A stretch of DNA of 64,000 bases, taken from contig OZ037766.1 of assembly GCA_964035545.1 (NCBI GenBank), positions 8,174,722-8,238,721 on the forward strand, read 5' to 3'. Every line of letters begins with the position of its first letter. The stretch's first letter is position 1. The notes beneath the pieces were generated by a model. It was given only the letters and a program-made list of their open reading frames with translations. It had not been told where the DNA came from and searched no databases. This stretch comes from Bugula neritina. Taxonomy: Eukaryota > Animalia > Bryozoa. Made by a program: the position numbers and the translations under genes. Positions 1 through 12,032 of this stretch are shown here, in pieces.

Positions 1-61
1 ACAGTTGTGGCACCATAACAGTGATGCATGTCACACACATACATGTTGGTTTATATTCCAG

Positions 62-3000
62 CACTACGATAAGATTATAAGTGCTCTACGAGAAGAGATC
101 AATGATAAGGATCAAGAGCTAGAGAGACTGAAAGAGGAAAATGCTGCTATACTCCAGTCTGAAGCAGAGACTGCACAAGCCCTGGAGAAGTTTGAAAAGA
201 TGATCATCCATGAGATTAATGAAGAATGCAAGAAGACAGCTGATTTGCTAGGGGTGCAACCGAGGAAGGCTCAGACAGTTTCGTGAGTTTTATAAAAGTA
301 TATTTTGTTTCAGGTGTTTTTGCCGAAATTGATGATGTTCTATATTGTAGCAAGATTTACTCAGCTTAGAGATATTATGCGAGCCAGGGAGATAACTTCT
401 AGTTTAAAGAATGACAAAATATTCTTAGTTATATAATACCTTTTTAAGCAGTTTTGACTTTTTTCATCTTAAAACATATCCTTACATTATACATAAATTC
501 GAATCAATAATTTTAAGCTTTCGAAAGCAAAGTAGAAAGCCTTCAACATTGATTTATGGCAAACAATAAATTACTCATGTCATGTGGCTCTGGAGTTTGT
601 AAATTTTTATTTCAATTGGATTTTTTTCTAGGTTTTCAAGGTCTAGCTCACCGAGCAAGATGAAAGCACGCAAAAGATCAACATCACGATCTCTAACTGC
701 CTCAGCAGTAGCTAATCTGAGAGCATGTAATGAAGAGCTAAGAAATTCGATGGCAGAAGTCAAAAGTGAAGCAGAAGATCTGAGCAACACCATTGAAAAG
801 TCAGAAAAGATAAAGGTGTGTTTCATGCTAAACTGAACTATATTGTCTCTAGTAAACTTGGAGTACTAACCTCCTTGTTTACCTTAAAAAACCATTTTTT
901 ATAAAACAACTCCAATCTACTGTATTAAGAAACATGCTTTAACTTTATAAGTATATAATATACTGCATATACTACTCACTTGTGCAATGTATCATAGCTA
1001 AAGCACAAATCTGACACAGGCTGCATGCATTCTTCTTGTAGGAGTTAGAGCTGGATACGTTGAGGAATCGACTAAACAATGAGAAGAGGCAGGAAATCGA
1101 AGATATGAAGACAACTTTAGCTAAAGTAAGCTTCAACTTTATCATACAGTTCTGACAGACCAATAGAAATTGTAATTCTAATGTCAGCAGCTTTATAATG
1201 ATGCAACTACCATATCATTGGCTGATACAACAGTCAGTCTACCTTACAAAACAACTCAGAGAATACCATAAAACCAATTTGTGTCACCAAAAAAAACGGT
1301 TTACTACATACAATGATGCAGTCAGTCATGACTTATTTTTTCATCAGTGGTCAAAGTTCTTTCTAGACATAATGTTACATCTAAGTATACAAAAATAGTT
1401 GTGTAGTCAAATTATTATGTTATGTGATGTCAATGATTATGGCTGTGTTACGTCGTGTAATGTTGGTGTTGAAGCAGGAACAGGCGTATATAATGCTGCT
1501 GAGACAAGCTGGCTCTTCCCAGCTGGATACTCTCACAGAGTTCAGCGAATCTCAGAGTATTAGCTCTGAGCTTGACGACAGTGAGAGAGACTGTAACTGT
1601 GTAAGAAGAGTGTCCCTCACTGTCTCTGCTATTATCATGTTTACTTTCAGCTTCTTGTAGCACATCTACACGTCTGCAGACATCATATGATTCTAGCACC
1701 TTTTCTTTAAATTTCCTTTGTTGTTATTCTTACTTCTATTTCAAAAAAGAATTTTCTAATGAAAATCAAATTCAAAGCTGCATTTGAATTTAAAAGTTTG
1801 ATGATTTCGTTTCAACAAAGTACATTGAAGATGGTTAAAATAGTAAACAAATTTTGATGTTCAAATTACATATATTTACAGATGCCTGTGTGTCGCCGTT
1901 CCTTGACTGAACCAAAAGACCCGTAAGCAGTTCTGTCTAACGATTAACACTGTATATCTGCTTGTGCCAAGTTGCATGCACCTTTCATTTGTCTAGTAGA
2001 CTTTCACTTTCCTCATCTCTAACCTCTAACAGCTGTTCTCCATGTCACTGCAACTGTCTCAGCTAGTTGACTTTAGGAAGTCATTTATAATCTAACCTAC
2101 TGGTAATAGTCTGATTGAACTGTCAATATTTGAGCCTTGGTTTTGGTGTATCAACTGCCATTTGACCTAAAAGCATGTATAGACAAGTTGGAATATTTAT
2201 GAGGTGTGCTCTGCTGTAATTAACTGTTTCAACTGCAGGAGATAAGTCTTCCAGTAAGCAGTTTGACTAAGTAGGTAGCGGTTTCTCCAGTGAAAACTTA
2301 GTAGAGTGGTTTTCAGATTATAGGCCTTACTTTCTTTTGCTTACCTCACAGCCACACTGTTAGGTCAAGGGCAACTATATAAGTAACAGGGATCTATTAG
2401 GGAGATTCATTTAAAGTTTTGTGCATATTGATAGGACCAAAGGGTAGATTTGAAGGACTTGTATTCAAGTCTAAATTCTTCATCCTACTTCAGTGAACGA
2501 TTGATAAAGAAAGAAAATGAATTAAAAGCATTGCAGAGGAACATGGATAAATGGAAACATGAAGTTGTTAATAAAATGGTTGCAAATTTTGATGAAGAAT
2601 TAGAGAGACAGTTAAAAACGTAATAGCTGAGTTCTGCCTTCAGTGTAAATGGCTTATCTTCTATATATGCTAGTCAATAGAATTAGTTACTAGATATTCT
2701 GTGTGATTATGTGTCCTTCCGGGACCTCTATTGTCAAGTATTTGTCTAATTTTTCTAAAGTTGATTATATATCACTGGTTGTGTACAGGCCTATATACAC
2801 AATGCTGCAATGATTGAGGAAATTTACTTAGATTAATTTCATACATACAAAGTTACAGTTTATGAAAAATGAAACAGCAAAATATTTGGTTAGTAGACTA
2901 TAATGATAAAGGGTAATTCAGCTTGAAGTCAGCAAAAGATTATTGAAGATTATGGCTCATTTAATTAGGAGTTATTATGAAAAAGTATATAAGCTTTATC

Positions 3001-5180
3001 GCATTTGCAATTAATAGTTAATAGGAGTTGAAAATTAAATTTGAGAAAATTGTTTAAAATATGATGTTCTTTTGTTTTGGAGAGTAGAAAATCATGTTGT
3101 AGCTGGAATTATAAACATAGATAAATTCCAGACTTCTGCCTGTTGATTTAATACGGTTTATTTACATTGGGGCAACTCTTTCTATCTTATTCTTTTCTCT
3201 TCACTTTTTATTTTGCCTCTTTAAACTTGTTCTCAACTAGGTGCAAGTCTCAAATTATAAGTCCTATGCAAGTTGAATTAGAAATATCTACCAAAAATAT
3301 GTTTTTCCACCAATACTATGTAGACTTGGAGTAGTCAAACGTGAAATTTGTTGCATAGGACTTACAATGTAGGACTTGCATTCTTTTGTGGCCAACCATT
3401 TGCTATAGCTACACCAATTTAATACTAACAGTGCAATAAACTAATTTCTTAGTAATTTTTAGCATAACTGTAACAGAAATTGCTTCAGTTCCAGATTTTA
3501 CTGAATGTGTGAATTTGCTTATGAGAAACTCTCAGAAGAAAATTTTGCTTACTATTTGCAAATCACCTTCTGTGTTGTGATTTGGTTTTGGTTGACATTT
3601 CAACAACTAATACAGATTTAAATGCTCCAATTTTATTTTTGTTTTCCAACTGCTTCTAACTCACAATTTGTTGAAAAAAAATTGACATAGATACTGATTA
3701 AAATGACATGGCGCCCATATGGTTTGGACCAAATTACATACATTATATATCTACTGTTTTACAAACTCACACTTTGCATATGCATATGTACATATGTTGA
3801 CAATTGCAGGTATCAAATTAAGCTAGAACGAAGAGCTTCTGAAAAAGCTGTAAAGAAATCACTCTCGGGATCGTATACTAAGGTATATGAACAAGTCTTG
3901 AGATTTAGACTTCTCCAGTAACCATGGAAACTGCTGCGATGTTAAACTTACTTGCACAATACTCATGGCCTTATTTTATTTTTACTATGCATTATGAAAC
4001 TATAACTTCTGGTGCTACTTTAGACTTGATAATAGATAGGGACCAAGTTTATTTGTCATTTTAACATTGTTGCCTTTTGATTTGAGATTATCATTGAGAC
4101 ATATAAAGCGAAAAGAGCCTGCAGTGCATGTAAATTTTTCTTTTAAAAATGTGTCGTCTTTCATTTCATTCTACATGTGTGTAGGTAAACGGACTTAGTC
4201 CTTCTGATTTTGCCATGAGACCAACTGAAGAAGCTCAAGAAGCTGTTCCAGGTTACTCTGTCCCGACCCCGTCACCTGACAGACTAAAGCATATCCGAGC
4301 TGGGTCTCCGTTTAGATATAAATCCAATCCTCTACTGTCCAGCTCTGTCAATGATATCACTAAATACTCATCATCACAAAATCTCTCTAGTGCTGTAAGA
4401 TTTTCTAGTGTTTTGATTTGAAAATAGAAATTATAGCAATTTGTAAAAAATAGTAAAGAAAAATGTTAGATAGTTTTTAATTGAGAAGAAATTTATGATC
4501 AAAATTGATTTTAGTTTGTCAGTTTTAGTTTTTAGTTTGTTCATATATTATGTTCTATTGAAAACAAATGTTTCAGGGTATGGATAGTTTAGAGCAAAAA
4601 GTACGACTTGCTGAGTTGAAAGCGAGGCTAGCTGATGAGCGAGCCAATAGAAATCAAGCTATGCTCTCACAGAAAATGCAGGAAGTAAATGAACTTCAAC
4701 AAACTCTCAATCACCAAACTAAGGTATAGCTTGAGGAGAAGTTTAGATGCAAGTGTATTATATGCTTAAGTTTAGTGCTAAAAAATTTCATATAAGATAG
4801 CTAAATGTAAAATTTATAATTTCATTGTCTGAGTTTGGTTTAAAATTTCTTTTTTGGACTTTTTACAAACATTTATGGCTGTTCGTTTTATAATTTAAAC
4901 ATATATGACTGTATAAAATAGCTAATGCATGTAGCTTGTACGCAATTGCTATGGGTAAAGATATTCTGGTGCTATGAGTTTATTTACTTGCTGCATGTAT
5001 TGCTTATTAACTAAATTCAATAATAAGGAATTCAGACACAACAGAATACGATTTCATTGCATGATGTAATGTTTATTTCTGCAGGAAATTATGGGCCTCG
5101 AGAGATCTTATGATGACCTGAGGTCTGCGCAGTATACGCCAAACAGATACTCTGTGCTCAACAACACGTTCCCTCATTAA
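62..5180 (+). CDS. 3' portion of a multi-exon uncharacterised coiled-coil protein gene (5' end lies outside the window)
   Basis: Phase-consistent GT-AG exons: 62-282, 632-815, 1042-1125, 1478-1600 (weaker, symmetric), 1882-1922, 2494-2619, 3810-3882, 4185-4394, 4577-4723, 5085-5180 (TAA). Translation is E/K/L/Q-rich with heptad character (e.g. LREEINDKDQELERLKEEN, LEQKVRLAELKARLADERANRNQAMLSQKMQEVNELQQTL). No family recognised. Confidence 0.8.
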
Positions 5181-7115
5181 TTGCTATCAGTTTATATAAT
5201 AGCCTATGGTCGGGTTATACGCTAGTAACATTCAGCCTATCAAAGGTAATTGAATGAGTAGCCCTACTGAAGGATTTCAAAACGTTCACAAATCTCCTCT
5301 TATATCATAGGCTAATGCTGATCATTTTGATCACAACTTAAGGATTATATTTATTCTATTATATTTCATACTAGTTTATGCAGATGCCTTTATACGCTAC
5401 TCGATTTTCAATCATAATTATTATATATTTTAGTATTGCATTGTGTGGTACGTAGCTGCTATCAAATGTAAAATTATGCTACTTAACAACTTGCTTGGAT
5501 TTTTGGCTGTTGAGTTTTCACACTAGAGTATAGTTATTCGTATAAGAATAATCATGACCATCTACTTAGAGATATACAATTTTATAATGATTATATTTAT
5601 TCAAGTTTTTCCTTCATGATCTTACACCAAACTTGGTAATTCAAATCCCTACTCTATTTAAATACCTTTGTTACAGTTATTGCTATGTCTCCTTCCGTCC
5701 AATTTATTTACGAAAACAGTATTTATCATTTTTGAAAAAAAATTACAGTTGCTCTATTTTTATTGATAATGCTATGATGTGTGGAAAAACATTGAAATAT
5801 TTTTATGTATAACTCTTATAATCTTTGACGCACCGGATTTAGTGTAGAATTTGTTGTCACTGTTGAAAAATATACTATGCAAACTCTCAGTGTGCATTTT
5901 ATCAATAGAAGGCTTAAAATACATTACTGTCTCTGTATTATAAAGCAAGGTTCACTGTTCTAACAACACATGTTACCTAATTGTATTGTGTTGTTGTAAA
6001 GTTGTTCACACACGTGCGCATGCTCACACACATAGATGTACACACAAACACAACAGACATGCAGTAATATTGCTCTCACGTTAGGCTCAGGAATGGGTAC
6101 TTCTGTTAATGAGCACTTGGCCATAGCCATGATGAGTTCAACACATTTGGCATTATGCAAGGCTTGTCTTAGTGAGATTTACTTGAGCATTTTAGCTTGA
6201 ATCCATATATGGTTATCTCAAATTAAAATGGATTCCTACAACCTTTAAATATTCTTTAGTAAAGCCATTAGTTCAATTTTTCAACGGCGTGGATCATGGT
6301 CCTCTGACTGTTTCGTGATGACGAGGGGATAATCCTATTCACTAGACACAGATTGAGTTATATCTGCCATATCTTGATGCAAGTGAGCTAATAACAGCCC
6401 ATAATAAGTTTTCCATACAACCTACGCTCAATATTCATGAGTAAGCAAAGAAAGATAACTCTATCACAATTAATTATGTACACAAGTTCAGAAATACTTA
6501 GAGTCTAAGACATTCTGGTTTAATTATACCAATTTATCTGAGGTAAAAATAGAAATTATTAAAGCCACAAAATAAATATTTTTCACTCATGCAAATAGCA
6601 CAGCCAGACCATACAATTATAAAAAATAATTAGCATATAATACTATCTGTCATAATAATTTTGCATTCTTTATTATATTAGATTTGTCATTTACCTATGT
6701 CTCTTATATAAATCTTAGATTTTAGTGGGTCCAAACTCTAGCGTGTTCTACAATAGCTAAACTTGTCTTGGTACACCCTATTTGGCTGCTTCTATTTTCC
6801 TTATAAAGGTGTAGAGTTACCTCCCCTAAACTTTATTAGATAACTTCACAACAGTATTTATCTGTGGCGTATTTTTTCTAACGTGATAAAAAATTGCATA
6901 ATATTTCAAAATAAAAAATAAAATTTTATCCTACTGAAAAATGAATTCATTAGGCTAAAATCACAAATAAATTTTTAGGATGTCATTTCGTATTATATAT
7001 CTTTTTATATTCAGACTGGTGGACGAGAGTAGGTTCATGAACACCCCCCACCCCCCACCCCAACTCGCAATTTTATACTATGTACATTCTTATTATTAAT
7101 CTGAACCTTTTTTAA

Positions 7116-7134
7116 TGACGCGTATCGCCATTTT
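7116..7134 (+). promoter_or_regulatory. Probable core promoter of SR gene A: half-CRE TGACGC and YY1-type CGCCATTTT
   Basis: Local CpG cluster with CGCCATTTT (7126-7134), ~800 bp upstream of the acceptor tttag (7922) just before the ATG at 7941. This implies a non-coding first exon. Confidence 0.45.
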
Positions 7135-7279
7135 TCTTTTTTGCTTGTCATCAGTAATGATCATCTTCTACATAAATACCAGATAGTTATGCTACTAGTT
7201 GAACTAGTTATATTCATATTGATATTGCATTGGTCATCAATATGAGTATTGGTCTTATTCTTAATATTTGTAATTGCGA

Positions 7280-7617
7280 TCACTATCACTATCAGTCACT
7301 CACCAGACTCGGTAACACTAACAATAAGTATAACTTAAACTATAAGTAATGAATAACTAACATAATGATTTTAATTTATAATTATCATTATGATTATTAT
7401 TATCATTATGATTATGATATTGATTAAGTTTAACTAAATGAATAACTGTAACACTAACAGTCACTAACAGTAAGTGTAACACTTTGACTTAGACTGTAAG
7501 TGTAAGAGTAAGTGTTAGTAAGTTAGTCAGTAAGTCTAACAGTAACAGTATGAGTATCAGTATGACTATGAGTATGAGTAACTCAAACTGTGACTAACAC
7601 TAACAGTAACACTAACT
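7280..7617 (+). repeat. Degenerate ~6-bp-periodic tract rich in ACTAAC, GTAAGT and GTATGA in the inferred 5'UTR intron of SR gene A
   Basis: 7 ACTAAC and 5 perfect GTAAGT counted directly, plus agtatg/actatg runs. Confidence 0.7.
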
Positions 7618-7635
7618 GCGAATTCCTTCTTTATC

Positions 7636-7755
7636 AATATAAATATCTATCATGTATACTGTGAAAAATAATTTTAGTTCTAAATGCCTTTGAGGGCCAC
7701 ATAATTATAAGCTGGAGCCACATCCGGCCCTGGGGCCGCCTGTCGGACAGCCCTG
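7636..7755. mobile_element. Terminal fragment of a hAT (Charlie-like) MITE
   Basis: Clearly similar to 46300-46382 (atgcctttgagggccacataa...ctggggccg.ctgt.ggacagccctg). Ends in a ...GGACAGCCCTG terminus followed by ATCTAGAT, matching the NTCTAGAN target preference of Charlie-type hATs. Confidence 0.65.
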
Positions 7756-7940
7756 ATCTAGATCACTCATCAGTATATCACAATTACTCCTCATCTTCAA
7801 CTCTTTAGTTTAGATGAAAATCAAATGCTGTTAAATTGATATTTATTATTTGTGTATACATTCGAATGTTTATAAACTACCAGCTTGTGAAGCAAAAAAT
7901 GAATACATACATTAAATTTTAGACTAGGAATTTTGCTGAA

Positions 7941-10427
7941 ATGTCCCGAGGAGGTGATTTAGAGTGTAAAGTATATGTTGGCGATTTGCCCAGAGATGCT
8001 TCAGAAAAAGAGTTGGAAAAAGAGTTCAGTTATTATGGAAGGTAAAATTAGTTTATTTCATCACAGTTGTTAGCATATGTTGAAATAACACTTGTTAGCT
8101 CATTTGTAATCATGTATATTCTATTATTGTGATATTTTAGATTGCGTAAAGTTTGGGTAGCTCGTAATCCTCCAGGCTTTGCCTTCATTGAGTTTGAAGA
8201 TCCTCGTGACGCCGATGATGCCATTAAAGCTTTGGATGGACAGTGAGTCATTTTATACTATTTTAGTTGCTGTGATTTCTGTTTTTGCTTTCAAAATGTG
8301 CGATTCATATGAATAGCCTGGTATGTAGGCATGTGTTATTTTAGAACCATGTTTGGAGAACGTATTCGAGTAGAACCTTCATCTGGGAAGAGTAGAGCTA
8401 AACCTTGGCAGAGAGAGAGTAGAGGCTATGGTGGTGGTGGGGGTGGTGGGCGAGGACCCCCTCGCTATGATTCCTACCGAGCACCAGCTCGTCCTGGCCG
8501 ACCATTTGATCCTAGAGATAAATGCTACAAATGCGGCGAGACGGGACATTACGCCTATGATTGTCGAGAGAGCGGCTCTGGTGGCGGAAGGCGCAGATCT
8601 AGGTAAGAAGTGTCTCTCAAACAAAATTAAACCACCTGTTGTAGCTGCTTGGTGGGTTGTTTCAGTATGTAGTAGCTCATCCTTATCTGTGGGCATCTGT
8701 TAAATTTATTAATGTGTACCAGAGAAAAATCTGGAATCATTACATCTTTTTATCAAAGCAAAATATGATTCGGAAGACATCAAGTGGGACCTGAAACATG
8801 TTATTGTAATCCTACAACTTAAGATTGGGTTCTAATGCTAGTGGAGTTCAAAGCTAGTCAAATGAGTCCTATTTGTAAAAAGAAATGCTTACTCCAAAAA
8901 TCAATTTAATAGATATAGTACCAATAGAGAGCCCACATAATTGTGTTTATAGTGCAGTTTCTCTGTAAATGTTGATGTACATATTCACTATAATGCTTTC
9001 AGATATCAAAAAATCAAACTCTTACAACATTCTGAGAGTCAACTAGACTATGTCATCAACCTCCTAATTAGATCTACACTTCCTTTTTTCAACTGATCAG
9101 CATTGAGTCAAAATGTCACCTTTGCTCATCAACAGTTGAGAAACATACGGCATTCGCCTAAAATAAGAGCCGTCAACTCAAATTTGAGCAATTTGTTGCA
9201 ACTAGAGCAGACAATACGGCAGAGTGACTTTCCTTGCCACGCCTCTACTGGCCACACTTGCTCAACCTGCCAGTAGTTGTCTACTCTACTTGAGACATAT
9301 TTACTGTCCTTGATTCTACAATAGAGTGTCATCTAGATTGGCAGCGTGCAGCATGCAACACTTGACGTTCAACTTGTCATCACTTCCTTTCTTCGACAAT
9401 TTGTTGACTTAGGAAGGTAAAACAAAAAGTCTGGTTGAAAATTAGCTGCTCTGTATATTCTAAAACGAGTCTGCACTCGTTTTATTTCAAGTAGAGTAGG
9501 TGTTGATAAATTATGTGCATATCAACATAAAATGTAGTAGAAGTACAGGTATTGTGAGCCCTGCGTGGTCATGACCTCTTATAGTCCTGTTATCATAATA
9601 TTTATGTTTCCCTTTCTCAGAATTAAAAATGTAACATTTAGTTATCTGTTTTCTTGTTTTTTTGCCCCATTTATCAAGTAATGCCAATTAAAGTAGCATG
9701 TTTCCTTACAGGTCTAGATCTAGGTCTAGGTCTCGCTCTCCACGCGATAGACGAAGGAGAAGTTACTCAAGGAGCAAGAGTAGATCTAGGTCCAGAGCTC
9801 GAAGCAATAGAAGGTATATACTCTAGTTGGTCTGCTTTCCTACAGTCAACTAGTCAACATAAGCATTTTGGTTACTTTTAATAAAATATGCTTCCTTGAT
9901 TACAAGTCTGTTAATGCAGTGCTTCAATGTATTAGCTCTAGCTAGCCTTATTGTTGAACAATATGTTCTTTATTTCACCTCTTCAAACTCCTGCTTATAT
10001 TATGGATGTTTTGCCTATTCTATCTCAAAGCATTTTTCAATAAGGTTTTAGCTATTTTCCTTTCTAAATTAAAAATAAAATTATAATTAATTGGGTAAAA
10101 ATGCAATAGTTCCAGCTCTAAAAAGTAAATCACCATGTTTTGTCAGATGAAGGCAGTGGAGTTTTTCTCAAAGTTTAAATCTATTTTGGACTCCTGTCAT
10201 GAAATATTGAATGAAGTTAACATTATAGAATTTGCCCGAAAATCACAATCTTGTAATAGCATTTTTATATTTTGAATATTGTGAGTAATTACTGATGCAT
10301 TGTGGTCATTTGACATACTTCAGTATAATATGCTTTCTTATGAAAGTCTTGATCAATCGAGATTATTTGTGAATACTCTTTGTATTGGATCTTGTGTACT
10401 TGTAGTCGCTCAGGATCTAGAGACTGA
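7941..10427 (+). CDS. SRSF7: SR splicing factor, SRSF7/9G8-like (RRM + CCHC zinc knuckle + RS domain), ~194 aa; 'SR-A'
   Basis: Exons 7941-8041, 8141-8242, 8345-8602, 9712-9813, 10406-10427. [11 protein letters not shown]...[24 protein letters not shown] is typical of SRSF3/7. Knuckle [14 protein letters not shown] (8523-8564). RS tail [29 protein letters not shown]. Confidence 0.93.
9003..9416 (+). other. Candidate poison (PTC) cassette exon of SR-A
   Basis: tttcag acceptor and AAG|GTAAAA donor, in the intron between knuckle and RS exons. In-frame TGA at 9094-9096. Seven TCAAC plus several TCTAC in 414 nt. Confidence 0.7.
10147..10280 (+). other. Candidate second stop-containing cassette or alternative last exon of SR-A
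   Basis: ttttgtcag|A TGA gives an immediate in-frame stop. GTGAGT donor at 10281, upstream of the RS-type last exon at 10406. Confidence 0.4.
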
Positions 10428-11883
10428 AGGGAATGTGTGTCAGCAGATGCTGCTGCAAACATGAGTACTGATAACATTAGTGTTGTGTTTTATGTAAATA
10501 ATAATGTTTATATCCGTGTAGCTCAACTTTCATCATCATATTTATCTGATATGTAATCAATATATAACAAGGTTTTCTTGTGTATTATATTGTATTAAAG
10601 TTCTCGTGATCTTATGATCTTCATAAACAAAATAGTGTTAACTTTGCTTTTAATTTATGACGAACTTTTGTGGAATTTCTGTAAATGAGTTGTATGCATT
10701 GAGCTAAATAGCGGGTGATTTATTGATTTGTTTCTTCATTATAATTTTTTTCAATAATTAACCCAAATATAATTGTTAAATTTTACATAAAACGTAATTA
10801 TATTTAATGTCATCCCAATATCATATAATTGGAAGGTGGTTTTAGTAGTTGACACAAACCAAGATTTCACTTTTTTGTCTAAATTATGAATGATTTCCTG
10901 TTTCAACAATTTCTTCCCAATACCTTTAAAACTAGGCATCGGATATTTTTTATTCTTGGTCTAAAATTGTATGTAATGCATGTGTAAAATTATTTCAATG
11001 GATGCAAGCTACCTCATGCCTGTTGGCTTATTAACAACTAGATTTGATGATTCTTCATGAGTCAATCAATTGCAACCTTGTGTTAAGTGCTACCTCAATC
11101 ACACCATCAACTCGAATTTTAGAAAGGCTCAATAAATATTTGTAAAAAAGTATTTTAGATCATGTTTCTAACAAGCCTATTTGGAATGTGTGTTGAATTA
11201 AATCGGGTGCTCAAGTCTGTGCTGTTATAGGATTATAATAAATATTTTACAGTCACAAGGTAACTAATAGGGGTTCACTTGCATTTTCTGCTTTGTAACA
11301 ACCTAACAAGAAGCATCTTTACTATAATGACAAGTGTTTAGAGAAAAATAAATTTTCTGAGTTCTAACAACTTTGCTGTGTTAGGGTGCATGGTAAATGC
11401 TCCATTCATATAGCATGCCTTTACCATGTCCATGTTTACTGCATGCATTCTGTATAGCAAGTTTGTGCACAGCTATTGGATAATAGCCCATAATTATCTT
11501 TGTTGCTGCACCAACTGCAGGGCCTACTGTCGGGCGTTGGTAATATATTATAATGTGAACTTTCTCTCATCAAATGCTCTTCCTGACATCATCAATACCC
11601 CTGCAGCCTGCTAATATTCTAAAAATGTTAATACTAAATTAGCCTAAATTTACAATATCTAGCAGCTCGTGTGATAATATTAATACATTATAGATTATAG
11701 TATATAGTGGTTGCAAGTAATTGGCCTGTAATTTATAGAAAACACGAACTGTTAATTGTTCTTTGAATTAAAAGAATGGTAATAAATATTTTTATGGCTG
11801 CAATGGGCTCATGTGGCACTCGTTGTGGAAACATGCAGTATTACTATATTGCGATTATGTCCTCTTGTGCAAATTTGGTCCAT

Positions 11884-11935
11884 TTCGGCTGCACTTCGCG
11901 CTTAAATATCGGCGCATTATCGTATTTCCGGTTCA
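11884..11935 (+). promoter_or_regulatory. Probable core promoter of SR gene B with ETS-type site ATTTCCGGT
   Basis: CpG-dense patch in AT-rich DNA. ACCGGAAAT on the minus strand at 11924-11932, ~100 bp upstream of the first coding exon. Confidence 0.45.
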
Positions 11936-12032
11936 AGCACCACACTGAGGAAGGCCTTGTTTGTCAAAGTCGGTTACCAGCTGCTACTCAAGCAGTTTTA
12001 ACAAGTTTTTGTTTGTAGCCTACTGCTTCATC

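Noticed and set aside
2239-2253. 15-nt segment with good splice sites (ctgcag|...|GTAAGC) in the coiled-coil gene
   Set aside because: In the phase-2 context of this intron it introduces TAA. It cannot be supported as coding and there is no other evidence for use.
6315-6541. Box C/D snoRNA-like GTGATGA...CTGA
   Set aside because: Spacing too long, no terminal stem, intergenic.
8379-8703. Antisense and alternative-frame ORFs over SR-A exon 3
   Set aside because: Shadows of a GC-richer coding exon, with no independent signals. The same applies to 30404-30682 and 47714-48227.
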